Below are positions 58,972 to 64,000 of a stretch of 64,000 nt of DNA, piece after piece. The position numbers were made by a program, and so were the translations under genes. Below the pieces are notes generated by a model, which was not told the DNA's origin, ran no database searches, and saw only the letters and a list, made by a program, of their open reading frames with translations. The DNA comes from an uncultured Bacteroidota bacterium. GTDB taxonomy: Bacteria > Bacteroidota > Bacteroidia > Bacteroidales > SZUA-534. The stretch lies in assembly GCA_946186925.1 (NCBI GenBank), contig CAMHPA010000007.1, positions 11,860 to 75,859 on the forward strand, in the 5' to 3' direction. Positions within the stretch are counted from its first letter, which is position 1; each line of letters opens with the position of its first letter.

Positions 58972-59328
58972 ATGGCATCGTTTAAATTAGAAAGACGCAA
59001 TAAGATTAAGGCTAGCATCCGCAAGAATGTGAGTGGCACAGCAGAGAAACCGCGCATGACTGTTTTCCGCAGCAACAAGCAGATTTCGGTTCAGATTATC
59101 GATGATGTTAAGGGCGTAACGCTCGCATCGGCATCGTCGCTCATCAAAGAGATTGCCGGCCTGAAAGAGACAAAGACACAAAAGGCAGAGAAAGTTGGCG
59201 AGGAGATTGCCAAAGTTGCCTTGTCGAAAGGAATCAGCGAAGTTGTTTTCGACAGAAACGGATTCCTGTATCATGGTAGAGTAAAAGCCTTGGCTGACGC
59301 AGCCCGTAAAGGTGGACTTAAATTTTAG
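58972..59328 (+). CDS. rplR: 50S ribosomal protein L18
   Basis: Operon position. [25 protein letters not shown]-terminus. Confidence 0.96.
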   Translation: MASFKLERRNKIKASIRKNVSGTAEKPRMTVFRSNKQISVQIIDDVKGVTLASASSLIKEIAGLKETKTQKAEKVGEEIAKVALSKGISEVVFDRNGFLYHGRVKALADAARKGGLKF

Positions 59329-59334
59329 TAAGTT

Positions 59335-59847
59335 ATGTCAAACGTTAGAAGAATAAAAACAACAGATCTTGAATTGAAAGATCGTTTGGTCGCCATCAAC
59401 CGCGTTACCAAGGTAACCAAGGGTGGCCGTACCTTCACCTTCTCAGCAATTGTCGTTGTTGGCAACGAAGACGGTGTTGTTGGTTACGGGTTAGGTAAAG
59501 CCAATGAAGTAACAACCGCTATCAGCAAAGGTGTAGAGGATGCCAAGAAGAACCTTATCAAGGTTCCTGTCATCAATGGTACAATTCCTCACGACCAACT
59601 TGCAGTGTACGGCGGAGCGAAAGTCTACATCTCGCCCGCATCACATGGTACTGGTGTTAAAGCCGGTGGTGCCATGCGTGCCGTATTGGAGAGCGTTGGA
59701 GTGAAAGATTGCCTTGCGAAATCGAAAGGCTCGTCGAACCCTCATAACGTTGTGAAAGCGACCATCGAGGCACTCTCGCAGATGCGCGACGCCAAGGAAG
59801 TTGCTTTCGAGCGCGGAATATCAATGGAAAAAGTATTTAAAGGTTAA
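59335..59847 (+). CDS. rpsE: 30S ribosomal protein S5
   Basis: [14 protein letters not shown] motif. Confidence 0.97.
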   Translation: MSNVRRIKTTDLELKDRLVAINRVTKVTKGGRTFTFSAIVVVGNEDGVVGYGLGKANEVTTAISKGVEDAKKNLIKVPVINGTIPHDQLAVYGGAKVYISPASHGTGVKAGGAMRAVLESVGVKDCLAKSKGSSNPHNVVKATIEALSQMRDAKEVAFERGISMEKVFKG

Positions 59848-59852
59848 TAGTC

Positions 59853-60035
59853 ATGGCAAAATACCGTATTAAACAAATTAAGAGCAAGATTGGCAGCAAC
59901 AAGCGCCAAGTTGCCACACTCGAGGCTTTAGGTTTGCATAAAATGAACCAAGTTGTTGAGCATGACGCTAAACCGGAGATACTTGGTATGATAAATGCAG
60001 TTAAACATTTGGTTTCTTTTGAAGAAATAAAGTAA
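59853..60035 (+). CDS. rpmD: 50S ribosomal protein L30
   Basis: 60 aa. Operon position. IKQIKSKIG...TLEALGL. Confidence 0.93.
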   Translation: MAKYRIKQIKSKIGSNKRQVATLEALGLHKMNQVVEHDAKPEILGMINAVKHLVSFEEIK

Positions 60036-60047
60036 CACGACATTATT

Positions 60048-60494
60048 ATGGATTTAAGTAATTTGAAGCCGGCAGCCGGCTCAGTAAAATCTTCGAAGAG
60101 AATAGGCCGCGGAGCAGGTTCGGGCAAGGGCGGAACGTCGACCCGCGGACACAAAGGCGCAAAATCGCGTTCAGGTTATTCGAAGAAGGTAGGCTTTGAG
60201 GGAGGTCAGATGCCTTTGCAACGCCGTATGCCTAAATTTGGTTTTAAGAATATCAATCGTAAGGAGTTCAAGGCAGTCAATGTTGGCGATTTACAGAAAT
60301 TGGCTGAGTCAAAAGGCTTGACAAAGATCGATGTCGACACATTGTTAGCAAACGGTTTGATTTCGGCAAATGACAAAGTAAAGGTTTTGGGTAATGGCAA
60401 ATTGAGCGTTCAGCTTGAGGTTGAGGCCCATGCATTCTCGAAGTCGGCAGTTGAAGCTATTGAAGCCCAGAAAGGTAAAGTTGTAACATTGTAA
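60048..60494 (+). CDS. rplO: 50S ribosomal protein L15
   Basis: LKPAAGS...RIGRGAGSGKGGTSTRGHKG motif. Confidence 0.96.
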   Translation: MDLSNLKPAAGSVKSSKRIGRGAGSGKGGTSTRGHKGAKSRSGYSKKVGFEGGQMPLQRRMPKFGFKNINRKEFKAVNVGDLQKLAESKGLTKIDVDTLLANGLISANDKVKVLGNGKLSVQLEVEAHAFSKSAVEAIEAQKGKVVTL

Positions 60495-60505
60495 TATCTA
60501 CGTTG

Positions 60506-61837
60506 ATGAAGAGATTAATTGAAACAATAAAGAATATTTGGAAGATTGACGATCTGAAGACGAGGATTCTCAACACATTGTTGCTCATCCTTGTTTATAG
60601 ATTGGGTACAATGGTTGTGCTCCCGGGTGTTGACCCAAGCCAGCTGGCAGCTCTGAAGAACCAGACAGCAACTGGTATTTTGGGTTTGTTGGATATGTTC
60701 TCGGGCGGTGCCTTCTCAAACGCGTCGATTTTCGCACTGGGTATTATGCCCTACATCTCCGCATCAATCGTAATTCAGCTTTTGGGAATGGCCGTGCCAT
60801 ACTTCCAGAGACTGCAGCGTGAGGGTGAGAGTGGACGTCGCAAAATCAACCAGATTACGCGTGTCCTTACCGTCATCATTCTGCTTGTTCAGGCTCCAGG
60901 TTATTTGGCAAACCTTCATTCACAACTTCCGGAGTCGGCCTTTATTCTTAAAGGCGCCTATTTCACCGTATCGTCGATGTTCATCCTCACCGCAGGCACA
61001 ATGTTCGTTATGTGGTTGGGCGAGCGCATCACCGATCGTGGATTGGGCAACGGCATTTCACTGATCATCATGATAGGCATCATTGCCCGTTTCCCCTCAG
61101 CTATTTGGGTGGAGTTGATCTCTCGTTTGAACGAGCAACAGGGAGGCGGCTTGGTTATGCTTTTGATTGAAATGATTGCCCTGGGTGTTGTCATCCTGCT
61201 CACCATTCTGCTTGTACAAGGAACCCGCAAAATTCCAGTACAGTACGCAAAACGGATTGTAGGCAATAAGCAATATGGTGGTGTGCGCCAGTACATTCCC
61301 CTCAAGGTGAATGCAGCAGGTGTTATGCCGATCATCTTCGCTCAGGCGATTATGTTCTTGCCAATAGTCTTTGTAGGTTTCTCAAACGCCGATTCAGCGG
61401 CTGGAATCGCTTCTGCGCTTTCGAACCCCACAGGATTTTGGTACAACCTGACAGTAGGACTTTTGATCATTCTCTTCACATATTTCTATACGGCTATCAT
61501 CATCAATCCAACTCAAATGGCCGATGATATGAAGAAGAATGGTGGTTTCATTCCAGGTGTGAAACCCGGAAAGAAGACAGTTGAGTACCTCGACACCGTT
61601 ATGTCGAGGATCACACTGCCTGGATCAATATTCCTTGCTTTTGTGGCCATTATGCCGGCATTTGCCATGATGGCGGGAGTACAGAGCAGTTTCGCCTACT
61701 TTTACGGCGGCACATCTCTGCTGATTATGGTTGGTGTAGTTCTTGACACGCTCCAGCAAATCGAAAGCCACTTGTTGATGCGTCATTATGACGGATTGAT
61801 GAAGAGCGGACGAATCAAGGGGCGTTCTAACATGTAG
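60506..61837 (+). CDS. secY: preprotein translocase subunit SecY
   Basis: 10-TM SecY sequence (GIMPYISASI, GRKKINQ-like loop). The ATG at 60506 is preferred over the TTG at 60503. Confidence 0.96.
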   Translation: MKRLIETIKNIWKIDDLKTRILNTLLLILVYRLGTMVVLPGVDPSQLAALKNQTATGILGLLDMFSGGAFSNASIFALGIMPYISASIVIQLLGMAVPYFQRLQREGESGRRKINQITRVLTVIILLVQAPGYLANLHSQLPESAFILKGAYFTVSSMFILTAGTMFVMWLGERITDRGLGNGISLIIMIGIIARFPSAIWVELISRLNEQQGGGLVMLLIEMIALGVVILLTILLVQGTRKIPVQYAKRIVGNKQYGGVRQYIPLKVNAAGVMPIIFAQAIMFLPIVFVGFSNADSAAGIASALSNPTGFWYNLTVGLLIILFTYFYTAIIINPTQMADDMKKNGGFIPGVKPGKKTVEYLDTVMSRITLPGSIFLAFVAIMPAFAMMAGVQSSFAYFYGGTSLLIMVGVVLDTLQQIESHLLMRHYDGLMKSGRIKGRSNM

Positions 61838-62016
61838 CCACAGGCTGCAAAATGCTAATTGCTCTTTGAAGAAAAGTTAATTATTGAATTCGTTGTGGAC
61901 AATGGTGCGCACCTTAATGCGGCGGATTCACGAGACGTCTGAAAGGAATTGTCGGTTAGTTAACATGTAAGCCAAAGGGTCCAAACAGATTAGGACACAG
62001 TAACAAAAAAAAGATT

Positions 62017-62238
62017 ATGGCCAAACAGGCTTCAATAGAACAAGATGGTACAATCATCGAGGCATTGTCGAACGCAATGTTCCGTGTTGAGTTAGAGAAG
62101 AGCGGGCTGGTGATAACCGCCCACATCTCGGGCAAGATGCGAATGCATTACATCAAGATATTGCCAGGTGACAAAGTTAAAGTTGAGATGTCTCCTTACG
62201 ATTTGACTAAGGGACGTATCGCATTCAGGTACAAATAA
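62017..62238 (+). CDS. infA: translation initiation factor IF-1
   Basis: [27 protein letters not shown]...[16 protein letters not shown]. Confidence 0.97.
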   Translation: MAKQASIEQDGTIIEALSNAMFRVELEKSGLVITAHISGKMRMHYIKILPGDKVKVEMSPYDLTKGRIAFRYK

Positions 62239-62250
62239 AAGAGTAAAAAG

Positions 62251-62367
62251 ATGAAAGTAAGAGCATCAATCAAAAAGCGCAGCGCAGATTGCAAAATCGT
62301 GCGCCGAAAAGGACGTTTGTATGTGATTAACAAAAAAAATCCTAAATTCAAACAACGTCAAGGATAA
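62251..62367 (+). CDS. rpmJ: 50S ribosomal protein L36 (single-Cys form without a zinc-binding Cys set)
   Basis: Hand-translated to [38 protein letters not shown] (38 aa, below the track cutoff). It occupies the canonical slot between infA and rpsM. Confidence 0.93.
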   Translation: MKVRASIKKRSADCKIVRRKGRLYVINKKNPKFKQRQG

Positions 62368-62403
62368 TTTAATAAGTTTGCAACTCAAAATTTTAAAGTA
62401 ATT

Positions 62404-62778
62404 ATGGCACGTCTTGCTGGTGTAGATTTACCAAAAAACAAAAGAGGAGAAATAGGCCTGACATACATTTTCGGTATCGGACGTAGCAGTGCGAGAAATA
62501 TTCTCGACAAAGCTGGAATCAGCTATGATACCAAGGTGGATGACTGGACTGATGCAGAAGTTGCATCGTTGCGCAAGATACTCGGCGAGTACAAACTCGA
62601 GGGAGAATTGCGTTCTGAGATACAATTGAACATTAAGCGACTGATGGATGTTGGTTGCTACAGAGGTGTGCGTCACCGTTTGGGCTTGCCCGTCCGCGGT
62701 CAGAACACCCGTAACAACGCTCGTACCCGCAAGGGCAAGAAGAAAACTGTCGCTAACAAAAAGAAAGCCACAAAATAA
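62404..62778 (+). CDS. rpsM: 30S ribosomal protein S13
   Basis: [15 protein letters not shown]-terminus. Confidence 0.97.
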   Translation: MARLAGVDLPKNKRGEIGLTYIFGIGRSSARNILDKAGISYDTKVDDWTDAEVASLRKILGEYKLEGELRSEIQLNIKRLMDVGCYRGVRHRLGLPVRGQNTRNNARTRKGKKKTVANKKKATK

Positions 62779-62791
62779 TAGGTAATTAATT

Positions 62792-63181
62792 ATGGCACAG
62801 AAGTCAAAAACAGCTAAAAAAAGAATCGTTAAGGTTGAAACTTCGGGCGAAGTTCACATTCATTCTTCGTTTAACAATATCATTATTTCGATAACAAACA
62901 GCGAAGGACAAGTAATTTCGTGGTCATCAGCTGGCAAAAACGGGTTCAGGGGTTCTAAGAAAAATACTCCGTATGCCGCACAGGTAGCTGCCGAAGATTG
63001 TGGAAAAGTAGCGTTCGACGCAGGTATGCGCAAGGCTAAAGTGTATGTCAAAGGACCCGGCACTGGCCGTGAATCAGCCATCAGGTCTATTCATAATCTT
63101 GGAATCGAAGTTACTGAAATTGTTGATGTGACCCCGCTTCCGCACAATGGTTGCCGTCCGCCTAAGAGACGTCGCGTTTAA
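62792..63181 (+). CDS. rpsK: 30S ribosomal protein S11
   Basis: [14 protein letters not shown]...[11 protein letters not shown] sequence. Confidence 0.97.
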   Translation: MAQKSKTAKKRIVKVETSGEVHIHSSFNNIIISITNSEGQVISWSSAGKNGFRGSKKNTPYAAQVAAEDCGKVAFDAGMRKAKVYVKGPGTGRESAIRSIHNLGIEVTEIVDVTPLPHNGCRPPKRRRV

Positions 63182-63207
63182 TTAGTCTAATTGAAAAATA
63201 GAAAAAA

Positions 63208-63816
63208 ATGGCTAGATACATTGGACCAAAATCAAAAATTGCCAGAAAATTTGGCGAGCCTATCTACGGGTCTGATAAATACTTGGATCGCAAGAATTTC
63301 CCTCCCGGCCAGCACGGTTTGAACAAGAAAAGAAAAAAATCTTCGGAATACGGAACCCAGTTGCAAGAGAAGCAAAAGGCAAAATACACCTATGGTGTTT
63401 TGGAACGTCAGTTCGCAAATTTGTTTGTCAAAGCGCAACGCAGCAAGGGCATTACCGGTGAGGTTTTATTACAATTATTGGAGTCAAGATTAGACAACGT
63501 AGTTTATCGTTTGGGTATAGCTCCTACAAGAGCTGCGGCACGTCAGCTTGTGTTACACAAACACATTGTTGTAAATGGTGAGGTGGTAAACATTCCGTCA
63601 TACCTTGTAAAGGCAGGCGAAGTTGTTGGTGTTAGAGAGAAATCGAAATCACTCGAAGTTATCGCCAACTCACTTGCAGGCACAAACCACAGCAAGTACT
63701 CTTGGTTGGAGTGGGATAACTCAAATCTTGCCGGAAAATTCCTGAATGTTCCGGAAAGAGCTGATATCCCTGAGCACATCGAGGAACAATTGATTGTTGA
63801 ACTTTACTCTAAGTAA
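63208..63816 (+). CDS. rpsD: 30S ribosomal protein S4
   Basis: [17 protein letters not shown]-terminus and an S4 RNA-binding domain. Confidence 0.97.
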   Translation: MARYIGPKSKIARKFGEPIYGSDKYLDRKNFPPGQHGLNKKRKKSSEYGTQLQEKQKAKYTYGVLERQFANLFVKAQRSKGITGEVLLQLLESRLDNVVYRLGIAPTRAAARQLVLHKHIVVNGEVVNIPSYLVKAGEVVGVREKSKSLEVIANSLAGTNHSKYSWLEWDNSNLAGKFLNVPERADIPEHIEEQLIVELYSK

Positions 63817-63825
63817 TAATTAGTT

Positions 63826-64000
63826 ATGGCAATTTTAGCTTTTCAAAAGCCCGACAGAGTTATAATGTTGGAACAGGACTCCAATTTTGGTAAGTTCGAG
63901 TTCCGCCCATTGGAGCCAGGCTATGGCCAGACAATTGGCAACGCCCTGCGTCGTATTTTGTTGTCATCACTTGAGGGTTTTGCTATCACAACAGTGAAAA
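63826..64000 (+). CDS. rpoA: DNA-directed RNA polymerase subunit alpha (5' fragment; continues beyond the window)
   Basis: Hand-translated to [58 protein letters not shown]. Canonical slot after rpsD. Confidence 0.93.
   Translation, partial: MAILAFQKPDRVIMLEQDSNFGKFEFRPLEPGYGQTIGNALRRILLSSLEGFAITTVK

Noticed and set aside
61838-62016. Degraded map pseudogene between secY and infA
   Set aside because: No reading frame of meaningful length exists and I could not recognise any Map-like peptide by eye. This is kept only as a synteny observation.
1-64000. tRNA, rRNA, tmRNA, RNase P, SRP RNA, IS elements, integrases and prophage genes
   Set aside because: I scanned the spacers for conserved cores (T-loop GGTTCGAA, the RNase P and SRP conserved motifs) and the ORF list for transposase or integrase-like proteins. 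None were found. Small structured RNAs cannot be excluded without covariance-model searches.

Overview
This window looks like core chromosome from a Bacteroidota (Bacteroidales-like) genome. That call rests on gene order and recognisable protein sequences only; no database search was possible. The layout is as follows. (1) 1-2.9 kb holds an edge-truncated TPR-like gene and a BlaI/BlaR1-TonB sensor pair. (2) 3.5-19.0 kb holds a complete dcw cell-division and cell-wall cluster (mraZ-rsmH-ftsL-like-ftsI-murE-mraY-murD-ftsW-murG-murC-ftsQ-ftsA-ftsZ, without murF), followed by lpxD. (3) 20.3-29.8 kb is a minus-strand housekeeping block: tpiA, a DoxX-like protein, yraN, an LD-carboxypeptidase, a DjlA-like protein, coaE, a YbbR-like protein, yajC, a DUF1573 protein, nusB and kdsD. 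(4) 30-43.8 kb is rich in DNA-metabolism genes: recQ, a MazG-like gene, dprA, mgtE, rsmA, a Fur-family gene, mutS2, an AAA-ATPase/PD-(D/E)xK fusion and topB. (5) valS and an AT-rich orphan secreted protein follow. (6) 48.4-64 kb holds the str/S10/spc/alpha ribosomal-protein cluster, from rpsL through secY, infA and rpmJ to the start of rpoA. I found no rRNA, tRNA, CRISPR array, IS element, integrase or prophage gene. I see no convincing novel multi-gene system. The strongest unexplained signals are non-coding. First, four exactly phased 33-bp direct repeats lie between the divergent AAA-ATPase/nuclease gene and topB. Second, there are several dispersed GC-rich palindrome families, including an identical 28-mer at two loci 33 kb apart and an 18-bp palindrome abutted by exact 12-13-bp direct duplications. 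Third, almost every sizeable spacer in the first 37 kb is filled with degenerate 7-8-nt word repeats, which are absent from spacers after 41 kb. Several track ORFs carry N-terminal over-extensions that I trimmed. Two genes missing from the track were added by hand: the left-edge ORF and rpmJ.
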